Shown piece by piece: positions 15,112 to 24,077 of a stretch of 40,045 bases of DNA. Location: IMG/VR virus record IMGVR_UViG_2778261504_000023, positions 1 to 40,045 of that record; one strand, written 5' to 3'. The notes beneath the pieces are model-generated. The model had not been told where the DNA came from, did not search any database, and saw nothing but the letters and a program-made list of their open reading frames with translations. A program made the position numbers and the translations under genes. This DNA is from a virus (Duplodnaviria > Heunggongvirae > Uroviricota > Caudoviricetes). Every line of letters begins with the position of its first letter. Positions within the stretch are counted from its first letter, which is position 1.

Positions 15112-16782
15112 ATGGCGGAAACAACTAAAGAGCGATTGAACAAACAGTTCGCACAACTTGAAAGCGAGCGTCAGTCGTTCGAGCCGCACTGGCGCGAGTT
15201 GAGTGATTACATCAACCCGCGTGGTTCCCGCTTTCTGACTTCTGAGGTCAACCGTAACGATCGACGCAATACACGCATTATTGATTCGACCGGGACTATG
15301 GCGGCGCGCACTCTCGCCAGCGGCATGATGTCAGGCATCACAAGCCCCGCGCGTCCGTGGTTTCGCCTGGCTACGCCAGATCCTGAAATGATGGATTATG
15401 GCCCTGTTAAGTTGTGGCTTGAGGCGGTGCAGAACCGCATGAACGATATGTTTAATAAGTCGAATCTCTATCAGTCGCTGCCGCAGTTATACGGAAGCCT
15501 CGGCACATACAGCACTGGTGCAATGGCAGTGCTGGAGGATGACGAGGACATCATTCGCACAATGCCATTCCCGATAGGCAGTTACTACCTGGCTAACTCA
15601 CCTCGTGGCAGTGTGGACACCTGTTTTCGCAAGTTCTCTATGACTGTTCGTCAGCTTGTTCAGGAGTTCGGGCTAAATAACGTCAGCGAATCCGTAAAAA
15701 GCATGTGGGAAAGCGGCACCTACGAGAAGTGGATTGAGGTGATGCATTCGGTTTACCCGAACATTGACCGCGATACATCGAAGCTGGATAGCAAGAACAA
15801 GCCATTCAAATCGGTTTATTACGAGGTTGGCGGCGACAACGACAAGTTGTTACGTGAATCCGGATTCGATGAGTTTCCAATTATGGCTCCGCGCTGGGAA
15901 GTTAACGGAGAAGATGTTTATGGATCATCATGCCCGGGTATGCTGGCGCTTGGACCTGTTAAGGCATTGCAGCTTCTTCAGAAGCGCAAGTCGCAGTTGA
16001 TTGATAAAGCCACCAATCCGCCGATGGTTGCTCCGACTTCCCTCAAGAATCAGCGTGCCTCCCTTCTTCCTGGCGACATCACGTATATCGATCAGATTAC
16101 TGGTCAGGATGGTTTCAGGCCTGCTTATCTGGTTAACCCCAGTACAGCAGATTTGGTGGCAGACATTCAGGACACTCGTCAAATCATTAACAGCGCCTAC
16201 TTTGTCGATCTGTTCATGATGTTGCAGAACATCAATACCCGCTCGATGCCTGTTGAAGCGGTGATCGAAATGAAAGAAGAAAAACTTCTGATGTTGGGGC
16301 CGGTTCTGGAGCGTCTGAACGACGAATGTCTTAATCCTCTCATTGACCGCGCTTTCTCGATGATGGTGCGTAAAAACATGATGCCGCCACCGCCTGACGC
16401 GATGGAAGGTATGCCCCTGAAGGTCGAATACATTTCCGTCATGGCTCAGGCGCAGAAGTCTATCGGCCTGTCCAGTCTGGCGTCTACGGTCAACTTCATT
16501 GGTCAACTTGCGCAAGCGAAACCAGAAGCTCTCGACAAACTCAACGTTGATCAGGCGATCGATGCATTCGCTGATATGTCCGGTGTGTCTCCAACCGTCA
16601 TTGTTCCGCAGGAACAGGTTGAGCAGGCTCGCCAGCAACGGGCACAACAGCAACAGCAGCAACAAATGATGGCGATGGGGATGGCGGCGGCACAGGGTGC
16701 CAAGACGCTAAGCGAAGCTAAAACTTCGGATCCGAGTGTTTTGTCAGCTATGGCGAATGCAGTTAGTGGTCAGGGTGGGTAA
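15112..16782 (+). CDS. Portal protein (podovirus head-to-tail connector type)
   Basis: 556 aa; position after terminase; Gln/Ala/Met-rich C-terminus as in podoviral connectors; family assignment from memory. Confidence 0.75.
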   Translation: MAETTKERLNKQFAQLESERQSFEPHWRELSDYINPRGSRFLTSEVNRNDRRNTRIIDSTGTMAARTLASGMMSGITSPARPWFRLATPDPEMMDYGPVKLWLEAVQNRMNDMFNKSNLYQSLPQLYGSLGTYSTGAMAVLEDDEDIIRTMPFPIGSYYLANSPRGSVDTCFRKFSMTVRQLVQEFGLNNVSESVKSMWESGTYEKWIEVMHSVYPNIDRDTSKLDSKNKPFKSVYYEVGGDNDKLLRESGFDEFPIMAPRWEVNGEDVYGSSCPGMLALGPVKALQLLQKRKSQLIDKATNPPMVAPTSLKNQRASLLPGDITYIDQITGQDGFRPAYLVNPSTADLVADIQDTRQIINSAYFVDLFMMLQNINTRSMPVEAVIEMKEEKLLMLGPVLERLNDECLNPLIDRAFSMMVRKNMMPPPPDAMEGMPLKVEYISVMAQAQKSIGLSSLASTVNFIGQLAQAKPEALDKLNVDQAIDAFADMSGVSPTVIVPQEQVEQARQQRAQQQQQQQMMAMGMAAAQGAKTLSEAKTSDPSVLSAMANAVSGQGG

Positions 16783-16787
16783 TCACA

Positions 16788-17084
16788 ATGACAGATTACG
16801 AAGACGATCAACTGAAAGAAGAAAACGCCCGTAAGCAACGTGACATGACACGGCGTGAAATTGATGACATTCGCTTTGTCATGAGCAGTGAACAGGGGCG
16901 TCGCGTTGTCTGGTCGGTGCTGGAGAAAGGCCGTGTGTTTTCTGCTATCTCACCGATGGACGCTATGGCTATGGCATTTAATGAGGGGCAACGCAATCTG
17001 GCGCTGGAACTGTTTCAGCGCGTTATGGCGCATTGCCCTGAACAGTATTTGAAGATGGCCAAAGAGGCCAGTGAACAGGAGTGA
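16788..17084 (+). CDS. Hypothetical head morphogenesis protein (98 aa)
   Basis: Between portal and scaffold; SD GGTGGG. Confidence 0.45.
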   Translation: MTDYEDDQLKEENARKQRDMTRREIDDIRFVMSSEQGRRVVWSVLEKGRVFSAISPMDAMAMAFNEGQRNLALELFQRVMAHCPEQYLKMAKEASEQE

Positions 17085-17086
17085 TC

Positions 17087-17782
17087 ATGAATTTATTTGA
17101 GCGTTTGCTGTATCGCCGTCTTTGCAATGAGCAACCAGTCGATGGTGGAGCAGCTCCGGCTGCGTCAGAACCGTCAGCGCCTGCAGGTGATAACCCTGCT
17201 CCAGTTGGTGATCCATCACAACAGGAAGGTGATAAGCCACAACCTGTTGCTGATGGCGATAAACCTGCTGATGACAAAAAGCCTGAAAACGATAAGCAGG
17301 ATGAAAAAAAGGACGGCAATAAACCAGAGGGTGCGCCTGAGAAGTACGAGTTTCAGGCTGCCGAAGGCGTAGAGCTGGATACAGAAGCGTTGAAGGAATT
17401 CGAGCCGGTGGCGCGAGAACTTAACCTGACCAACGAGCAAGCGCAAAAGCTGGTTGATGCTTATCCGAAGATTATGGCAGGTGTTCAGCAGCGCCAGGCA
17501 GAAGCCTGGCAGAAAACAACCGAGCAGTGGGCTGCGGATGTAAAAGCTGACAAAGAAATCGGTGGCGACAAGTTGATTTTTAACCTTAGCTCCGCACAGC
17601 GTGCGCTTGACCAGTTCGGGACACCTGAACTCAAAGAATATCTGAACACCACCGGGCTGGGTAATCACCCTGATCTGGTCAAAACGTTCGTGAAAATCGG
17701 AAAGGCGATGTCTGAAGATGGCATGGTCACCGGTGGTAATGAAGGCCAGCGTAGTGCGGCCGAAGTGCTCTATGGCAAATAA
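17087..17782 (+). CDS. Capsid scaffolding protein (putative)
   Basis: 231 aa; Pro/Asp/Lys-rich low-complexity N-terminus then coiled-coil-like region; position directly upstream of major capsid gene. Confidence 0.55.
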   Translation: MNLFERLLYRRLCNEQPVDGGAAPAASEPSAPAGDNPAPVGDPSQQEGDKPQPVADGDKPADDKKPENDKQDEKKDGNKPEGAPEKYEFQAAEGVELDTEALKEFEPVARELNLTNEQAQKLVDAYPKIMAGVQQRQAEAWQKTTEQWAADVKADKEIGGDKLIFNLSSAQRALDQFGTPELKEYLNTTGLGNHPDLVKTFVKIGKAMSEDGMVTGGNEGQRSAAEVLYGK

Positions 17783-17796
17783 GAGAGGAAATGACA

Positions 17797-18783
17797 ATGG
17801 CGGTTAAAGGCTTAACTGCGCTAACGCTGGCTGACTGGGGTAAGCGCGTCGATCCAAACGGGAAAGTCGATAAGATTATCGAGCTTCTCGGTCAAACTAA
17901 CCCGATCCTTCAGGATATGCCTTTTGTCGAAGGGAACCTTCCTACCGGACACCGAACCACCATTCGTTCTGGTTTACCTTCAGCTACCTGGCGTTTGCTG
18001 AACTATGGTGTACAGCCAAGCAAATCAACCACAGTGCAGGTCACCGATTCCGTTGGCATGCTGGAAACCTATGCTGAAGTTGATAAGTCACTGGCTGATC
18101 TGAACGGTAATACCGCCGAATTCCGCCTGTCTGAAGACCGCGCATTTATTGAAGCGATGAATCAGCAGATGGCGCAGACACTGTTTTATGGTGATTCCAG
18201 CGTTAACCCTCAGCAGTTTATGGGACTGTCCTCCCGCTATTCCAGCCTGTCTGCGGGTAATGCTCAGAACATCATTGATGCTGGTGGCACGGGTACAGAT
18301 AACACCTCAATCTGGTTAGTGGTGTGGGGCGAAAACACCGTGCATGGCATCTTCCCGAAAGGGCAGAAGGCTGGCATCCAGATGGAAGATAAAGGCCAGG
18401 TGACACTGGAAGATGCGAATGGCGGCAAGTACGAAGGCTACCGTACCCATTACAAATGGGACAACGGACTTGCTCTGCGTGACTGGCGTTATGTTGTTCG
18501 CATTGCAAACATCGATGTCAGCAATCTTTCAGAACCTTCCTCTGCCGCAAATATTGCGAAGTTGATGGTTAAAGCACTGCATCGCATTCCAAATCGTGGC
18601 ATGGGTCGCCCGGTGTTCTACATGAACCGCACTGTAGGCCAGGCTCTTGATCTGCAATCTCTGGAGAAAACATCTCTGGCGATCAGCGTAAAAGAGACAG
18701 AAGGCGAGTGGTGGACTTCATTCCGTGGTGTACCAATCCGTGAAACTGATGCGCTTCTGGAAACAGAAGCCCGCGTGGTGTAA
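17797..18783 (+). CDS. Major capsid protein
   Basis: About 328 aa; position after scaffold; followed by small genes and an intrinsic terminator; SD AGAGGA 9 nt before ATG 17797 (alternative ATG 17791). Confidence 0.7.
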   Translation: MAVKGLTALTLADWGKRVDPNGKVDKIIELLGQTNPILQDMPFVEGNLPTGHRTTIRSGLPSATWRLLNYGVQPSKSTTVQVTDSVGMLETYAEVDKSLADLNGNTAEFRLSEDRAFIEAMNQQMAQTLFYGDSSVNPQQFMGLSSRYSSLSAGNAQNIIDAGGTGTDNTSIWLVVWGENTVHGIFPKGQKAGIQMEDKGQVTLEDANGGKYEGYRTHYKWDNGLALRDWRYVVRIANIDVSNLSEPSSAANIAKLMVKALHRIPNRGMGRPVFYMNRTVGQALDLQSLEKTSLAISVKETEGEWWTSFRGVPIRETDALLETEARVV

Positions 18784-18834
18784 CGCCTGTTATTAACCTG
18801 TGGGTCGTAACAGACCCACTAATGGAGAAAGAAG

Positions 18835-19272
18835 ATGATCACCGACAAACTGTTGATGTTCTCCGAAGCTCAGGCGGTTACGAATACCGCGGCTTCTACT
18901 GACGTAATCGATCTCGGTCCAATTGACGGAAAACGTCGTGATATCGGCGTGGGTTACCCGCTTGAGTTTTGGGCGCTGGTTAACACAGCCGCCGCGGCAA
19001 GCGGTGATGCAACTGTAAACATCCAGTTGCAGACGAGTGAGAATAACAGCTCATGGACCACTATTTATGATAGTGGCGCACTGGCAAAGACCGCCCTGAC
19101 AGCAGGTAAACGAGTTGTTTCTGCAAAGGTGCCTGCCGGTGTTCAGCGATATCTGCGCGTTAACTACTCCGTCGCAACTGGCCCACTAACGGCTGGCGAA
19201 TTCACTGCGGGTATCAGTCTTGATGTTGATGCCAATACGCCGTATCCGATCCGCTCAAAAGTAACTGGTTAA
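18835..19272 (+). CDS. Hypothetical virion protein (possible capsid decoration/stabilising protein)
   Basis: 145 aa; Ala/Thr/Val-rich beta-type composition; directly after capsid gene. Confidence 0.45.
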   Translation: MITDKLLMFSEAQAVTNTAASTDVIDLGPIDGKRRDIGVGYPLEFWALVNTAAAASGDATVNIQLQTSENNSSWTTIYDSGALAKTALTAGKRVVSAKVPAGVQRYLRVNYSVATGPLTAGEFTAGISLDVDANTPYPIRSKVTG

Positions 19273-19282
19273 GGTGATATCG

Positions 19283-19618
19283 ATGTCAGGTGAGAAACCA
19301 AGATACCGCGTTCTGCGCCTCTCTCATATCCATAACACTCTGTGGCCGGAGGGGGCAGAAATCGAATACGAAGGTGAGCCTGGTAGCGCACTGGAACCTG
19401 TTAACGATGCAGCCAGACAGGCAAAAGCAAAAGTTGCAGGAAAGGTGTCAATGGCAGCAATCAGCACCAAAATCATCAACGATGTGTCAGATGATGGTGA
19501 ACTGGATAAGCTCCGTGAAGAGTACGAATTGCTCTTTAACGAGAAGCCACACCATAACGCCAAAGCCGAAACGCTCCGCGAGAAGATCGCAGATAAGCGT
19601 AAAGAACTGGGCGTGTAA
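19283..19618 (+). CDS. Hypothetical protein (111 aa)
   Basis: ATG 19283 with SD AAGGTGA. Confidence 0.4.
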   Translation: MSGEKPRYRVLRLSHIHNTLWPEGAEIEYEGEPGSALEPVNDAARQAKAKVAGKVSMAAISTKIINDVSDDGELDKLREEYELLFNEKPHHNAKAETLREKIADKRKELGV

Positions 19619-19635
19619 GCCTCGCGGATCAGACA

Positions 19636-19656
19636 AGGGGCTTCGGCCCCTTTATT
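19636..19656 (+). terminator. Intrinsic terminator after capsid gene block
   Basis: GGGGC-ttcg-GCCCC followed by TTTATT. Confidence 0.65.
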
Positions 19657-19668
19657 GCAGGAGTGTAT

Positions 19669-19992
19669 ATGGAACTCGTAAACCTCAAAACCGGCACTGA
19701 CAGCTACCAGGATGAGAGCGGAGAAACCAGAACTCGCGATGAATACCCGTGGGGGCTGTGCATCACGCTGAATAACGACACATTGAATAAGCTGAAGGCG
19801 CAACCTAAGGGCGTCGGAACAGAAGTGATGATAACTGCAAAGGCTGTTATTCGAGGCCTGTCTGCCAGAGAAACTGACGATGGCGTTAATCGCAGCGCCG
19901 ATCTGCAGATCACTGATATGGCGATCGCTCCTGTTTCCGGGGATGTAGAAAAATCAGTGGCTGAAACTCTGTACGGTAACGGAGGTGAGTGA
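19669..19992 (+). CDS. Hypothetical protein (107 aa)
   Basis: ATG 19669 with SD AGGAG. Confidence 0.4.
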   Translation: MELVNLKTGTDSYQDESGETRTRDEYPWGLCITLNNDTLNKLKAQPKGVGTEVMITAKAVIRGLSARETDDGVNRSADLQITDMAIAPVSGDVEKSVAETLYGNGGE

Positions 19993-20597
19993 TGGCCTCT
20001 GTAGTAGAGATCTGTAATCGTGCGCTGTCCAATATTGGCAACAGCCGCAGCATTAACAGCCTGACGGAAGCCAGCAAGGAAGCGGGGGAATGTTCGCTGC
20101 ACTTTGAGGCCTGCCGTGATGCTGTGCTTTCTGATTTTGACTGGAACTTTGCTACCAAACGCGTGGCGCTTGCAGATACGAGCAATCCACCGCCTGACTG
20201 GGAATATGCGTACCAGTACCCGTCAGATTGTCTGCGCATTACTGAAATTATGCTTCCTGGTGTACGCAATCCAACAGCATCAATGCGCGTTCAGTACGAA
20301 GTTGGTGCAGACACCAACGGAACAGGAAAGTTGATCTACACAGATCAGCCTCAGGCATGGCTCAAGTATGTCTCTCGCGTTACAGATGTGAACATGTTTG
20401 ATGCCATTTTTATGGAGGCGTTGGCCTGGCGTCTTGCGGCAGCTATTAACATGGCGCTGACTGGGAATGCAGACCTCGGTACGTTTGCCCTCAATATGTA
20501 CAATCGCGTGATTCTTAGTGCTGGCTCGCATAGCCAGAATGAATCACAGGAACCACAGCCACCGGTTGATGAGTTTACCATTGCGAGGTTGTCCTGA
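19992..20597 (+). CDS. Tail adaptor protein (T7 gp11-like tail tubular protein A, putative)
   Basis: About 201 aa; N-terminal pattern NRALSNIG...INSLTE resembles T7 gp11 N-terminus (recalled); size and position match. Confidence 0.55.
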   Translation: MASVVEICNRALSNIGNSRSINSLTEASKEAGECSLHFEACRDAVLSDFDWNFATKRVALADTSNPPPDWEYAYQYPSDCLRITEIMLPGVRNPTASMRVQYEVGADTNGTGKLIYTDQPQAWLKYVSRVTDVNMFDAIFMEALAWRLAAAINMALTGNADLGTFALNMYNRVILSAGSHSQNESQEPQPPVDEFTIARLS

Positions 20598-22912
20598 TGG
20601 CTATCAGTTGGATCCAGCCCAGCTTTGCCGGTGGTGAGATTGGACCGTCGTTGTACGGTCGTATCGACATGGCGAAGTACCAGGTGGCATTGCGCAAGTG
20701 CGATAACTTTATCGTGCGGCAGTATGGCGGCGTTGAGAATCGACCTGGTACGCGTTTTGTCGGTGCCGCCAAATACCCAAATCGGAAATGCCGCCTGATC
20801 CCGTTCCAGTTCTCGACGGTTCAGACCTATGCTCTGGAGTTCGGGCACCAGTACATGCGCGTTATCAAAGATGGTGCGTTGGTGCTGAACAGCAGCAATG
20901 TTATTTATGAAATTGCCACGCCATATACTGAAGCCGATCTGTTCCGAATTAAATTTACGCAAAGCGCCGACGTGCTTACGCTGGTTCACCCGGCATACCC
21001 GCCGAAAGAGTTGCGCCGCTATGCGCATGACAACTGGCAACTGGTTGATGTGGTAACGAAGAACGGGCCATTTGAAGATATCAATATTGACGAGTCAGTG
21101 ACGGTTTATGCCAGCGCCAGCACCGGGACAATTACGTTAACGGCAAGCGCCTCTATTTTTGGCGCGGAGCAGGTAGGCAAATTGTTCTATCTGGAACAGC
21201 CTGCAGTGGATTCAGTGCCGGTATGGGAAACCAGTAAGAGTACGTCGATTGGCGATATTCGCCGTGCAGACAGTAACTACTATCGCGCCGTTACAGCAGG
21301 CAAAACAGGCACTTTGCGCCCTTCGCATACAGAAGGCACATCATGGGATGGCTGGGGCGGATCCGGTGATGATGATACTGGCATTGAGTGGGAGTATCTG
21401 CACAGTGGTTTTGGCATTGCCCGTATCACTGCTGTAAACGGCACTACTGCAACTGCCGAGGTGATTTCCTATATCCCTTCGCAGGTCGTTGGCGAGGATA
21501 ATGCCAGCTATAAATGGGCTAAATATGCCTGGAACAGTGTTAATGGTTATCCTGGCACTGTTGTTTATTATCAACAACGTCTTTACTTCGCCGCATCGAC
21601 TGCGTTCCCTCAGACTATCTGGGCCAGCCGTACTGGGGATTATAAGGATTTTGGCAAAAGCAATCCTACGCAGGATGACGACAGAATTATCTACACCTAT
21701 GCCGGGCGTCAGGTTAATGAGATCCGTCACCTGATTGATGTTGGTTCGCTGGTGGCGCTGACTTCCGGAGGTGAGTACGTCATCACTGGCGACCAGAACA
21801 AAGTGCTTACCCCATCATCATTTGCATTCAGCTCTCAGGGATCAAATGGCTCGAGCAATGTCCCACCAATTGCCGTGGCGAATATTGCTCTGTTCGTCCA
21901 GGAGAAAGGCAGTGTTGTCCGTGATCTGGCCTACTCATTCGATGTTGACGGCTATCAGGGGAACGACCTTACTATCCTTGCCAATCATCTTTTTCAGAAG
22001 CACAGCATTGTTGACTGGTGCTTCTCAATAGTCCCTTACTCCAGCGCCTTCTGCATCCGTGATGACGGTAAATTACTGGTGATGACCTATTTGCGTGATC
22101 AGCAGGTTTTTGCATGGGCACCACAATCCAGTACCGGAAAATATGAAAGCACATGCAGTATCAGCGAAGGCAATGAAGATGCGGTGTATTTCGTCGTTAA
22201 CCGAACCGTTAACGGGCAAACAGTGAGATACATCGAGCGACTGTCCAGCCGTTTATTTACCAGCGATGAAGATGCTTTCTTTGTTGATTCTGGCCTTAGC
22301 TATGATGGAAGAAATACGTCTGACAGAACGATGATCATCACTGGTGGTTCTGGCGAATGGGATTACCGCGCGGAATATACAATCAGTGTTTCTGGTGGTG
22401 CGTACTTCACCAGTAGTGATGTCGGCGCGCAACTACAGTTCCCTTATACCGGAACTGATCCTGATACTGGCGATGAGGTGTCAAAAGAATTACGTTGCGA
22501 CATTATTTCTGTAACCAGCAATACCGCTGTAGTGGTTCGTGCTAACAGGAACGTCCCGCCATTCCTCAGGAATGTGGCCACCACGAACTGGCAGATGGCG
22601 CGCCGGACATTTGGAGGCCTGTCTCATCTTGAAGGACAGACCGTAAACATCCTCTCTGATGCGAACGTGGAACCACAGAAAGTAGTTTCCGGAGGTGCCG
22701 TTACGCTGGAATCACCGGGGGCTGTAGTGCACATCGGCCTGCCAATAACTGCTGAATTCGAAACACTGGATATCAACATTAACGGACAGGAAACGCTGCT
22801 GGACAAAAAACAGGTGATCCCATCCGTTACTCTGGTTGTGAATGCCAGCCGCGGCATCTGGGCGACTACGCCCGGCGGTAAATGGTACGAATATCCACAG
22901 CGTGAATTCTAG
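20597..22912 (+). CDS. Tail nozzle protein (T7 gp12-like tail tubular protein B, putative); terminated by amber codon with in-frame continuation
   Basis: 771 aa; size and position consistent with podoviral nozzle; TAG at 22910..22912 followed by 51 sense codons in frame. Confidence 0.6.
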   Translation: MAISWIQPSFAGGEIGPSLYGRIDMAKYQVALRKCDNFIVRQYGGVENRPGTRFVGAAKYPNRKCRLIPFQFSTVQTYALEFGHQYMRVIKDGALVLNSSNVIYEIATPYTEADLFRIKFTQSADVLTLVHPAYPPKELRRYAHDNWQLVDVVTKNGPFEDINIDESVTVYASASTGTITLTASASIFGAEQVGKLFYLEQPAVDSVPVWETSKSTSIGDIRRADSNYYRAVTAGKTGTLRPSHTEGTSWDGWGGSGDDDTGIEWEYLHSGFGIARITAVNGTTATAEVISYIPSQVVGEDNASYKWAKYAWNSVNGYPGTVVYYQQRLYFAASTAFPQTIWASRTGDYKDFGKSNPTQDDDRIIYTYAGRQVNEIRHLIDVGSLVALTSGGEYVITGDQNKVLTPSSFAFSSQGSNGSSNVPPIAVANIALFVQEKGSVVRDLAYSFDVDGYQGNDLTILANHLFQKHSIVDWCFSIVPYSSAFCIRDDGKLLVMTYLRDQQVFAWAPQSSTGKYESTCSISEGNEDAVYFVVNRTVNGQTVRYIERLSSRLFTSDEDAFFVDSGLSYDGRNTSDRTMIITGGSGEWDYRAEYTISVSGGAYFTSSDVGAQLQFPYTGTDPDTGDEVSKELRCDIISVTSNTAVVVRANRNVPPFLRNVATTNWQMARRTFGGLSHLEGQTVNILSDANVEPQKVVSGGAVTLESPGAVVHIGLPITAEFETLDININGQETLLDKKQVIPSVTLVVNASRGIWATTPGGKWYEYPQREF

Positions 22913-23068
22913 TTCTACGATGATCCTGTTGATGACGCTACCGGAAAAGTAGAAGTGAAACTGGACAGTAACTGGGGCAAAAACGGACGTGTAAGAATCC
23001 GTCAGCTTGACCCGTTGCCGCTGTCTGTTCTTGCCGTTATTCCTCGCCTTACTGTTGGGGGATTCTGA
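22913..23068 (+). other. In-frame post-amber extension of nozzle gene (51 codons) ending with TGA overlapping next gene start
   Basis: FYDDPVDDATGKVEVKLDSNWGKNGRVRIRQLDPLPLSVLAVIPRLTVGGF then TGATG coupling to gene at 23068. Confidence 0.5.
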
Positions 23069-23532
23069 TGATCGATGTTCGAATTATTCCCGCCACCGAA
23101 GAGCATCTTCAGATGATTTTGCCGGATGTTCGTCAGGCTGATATTGACGAACTGTATGCGGTATCGCTGATGACTACCGAAGATGCGCTGCGTGTTGGTC
23201 TTCGCACTGCGACTATGGCCTGGTCAGGGTTCGCGAACGGAGAACTGGTAACCATGTTTGGCGTATCTCCGGCGTCAATGATCGGTGGCAATGGTACGCC
23301 CTGGCTGGTCGGAACCAGCCGTATCGAAAAATATCAGAAGACATTTCTTCGCCACTGCCGCCCTGTATTGCAGCAGATGCTGGCAGTTTATCCGCGCCTG
23401 GAAAACTATGTCGACGAGCGAAACCATGTTGCCAAAGCATGGCTGCACTGGCTTGGATTCAGGCTTGAAGAAGCCGCGCCTTATGGTGCTCTTGGTCTTA
23501 ATTTCCACAGATTTCACATGGAGAGAAAATAA
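23068..23532 (+). CDS. Internal virion protein (T7 gp13-like, putative)
   Basis: 154 aa; size and position; loose similarity to T7 gp13 C-terminal region. Confidence 0.45.
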   Translation: MIDVRIIPATEEHLQMILPDVRQADIDELYAVSLMTTEDALRVGLRTATMAWSGFANGELVTMFGVSPASMIGGNGTPWLVGTSRIEKYQKTFLRHCRPVLQQMLAVYPRLENYVDERNHVAKAWLHWLGFRLEEAAPYGALGLNFHRFHMERK

Positions 23533-24077
23533 TGTGCGATCCGGTTATTGCTGGTGGCGCAATGCTCGCCATGAGTGGCATTCAGGCATACACCCAGTAC
23601 CAACAGGGAAAGTATGCCTCGAAGGTTGCAGAAGCGAACGCAGATATAGCCACTGCTCAGGCAAATGATGCAATAAACAGAGGTAACGCTGAAGCTGAGC
23701 AACGGCGCAGAGAGACCCGACAGCGGCTTGGTACACAAGCGGCGACAATGGGGGCTACCGGCGCTGATTTATCTACAGGTAACGCGCTGGATATATTTGG
23801 CGACACTGCCCAGTTTGGCGCTCTTGATTCGCTGACGACGGTGAATAACGCGCAACGCGAGGCTTACGGTTATCAGGTTCAGGCTGCCAACTATAAAGCA
23901 GAAGCCAGTTCAGCCCGTAAACAGGGGAATGTGGGAGCAGCAACAACATTGCTCACTGCGCCTCTGAAGGCATACGGTGCGTACCAGATGTTTGGTGGGA
24001 CGTGGAGTCCGTTTACTCAAAGCACTCCTGCGCCAATCGGGGCAGCAGCAGGAACCAGATTACCCGGAGGATTATAA
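23532..24077 (+). CDS. Internal virion protein (T7 gp14-like, putative)
   Basis: 181 aa beginning MC..., Ala/Gln-rich; TAATG coupling at both ends. Confidence 0.45.
   Translation: MCDPVIAGGAMLAMSGIQAYTQYQQGKYASKVAEANADIATAQANDAINRGNAEAEQRRRETRQRLGTQAATMGATGADLSTGNALDIFGDTAQFGALDSLTTVNNAQREAYGYQVQAANYKAEASSARKQGNVGAATTLLTAPLKAYGAYQMFGGTWSPFTQSTPAPIGAAAGTRLPGGL

Noticed and set aside
15928-16665. 245-aa minus-strand ORF inside the portal gene, and similar antisense ORFs inside large genes (12484..12990, 13342..13704, 17216..17797, 20351..21040, 24131..24748, 28602..29021, 29420..29881)
   Set aside because: Each is fully embedded antisense within a long, well-supported plus-strand gene, lacks a plausible RBS and has low-complexity translation; treated as spurious
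22904-22912. GAATTC immediately before the amber TAG, considered as a possible cloning scar
   Set aside because: No other vector-like sequence or polylinker context; a single EcoRI site is expected by chance in 40 kb
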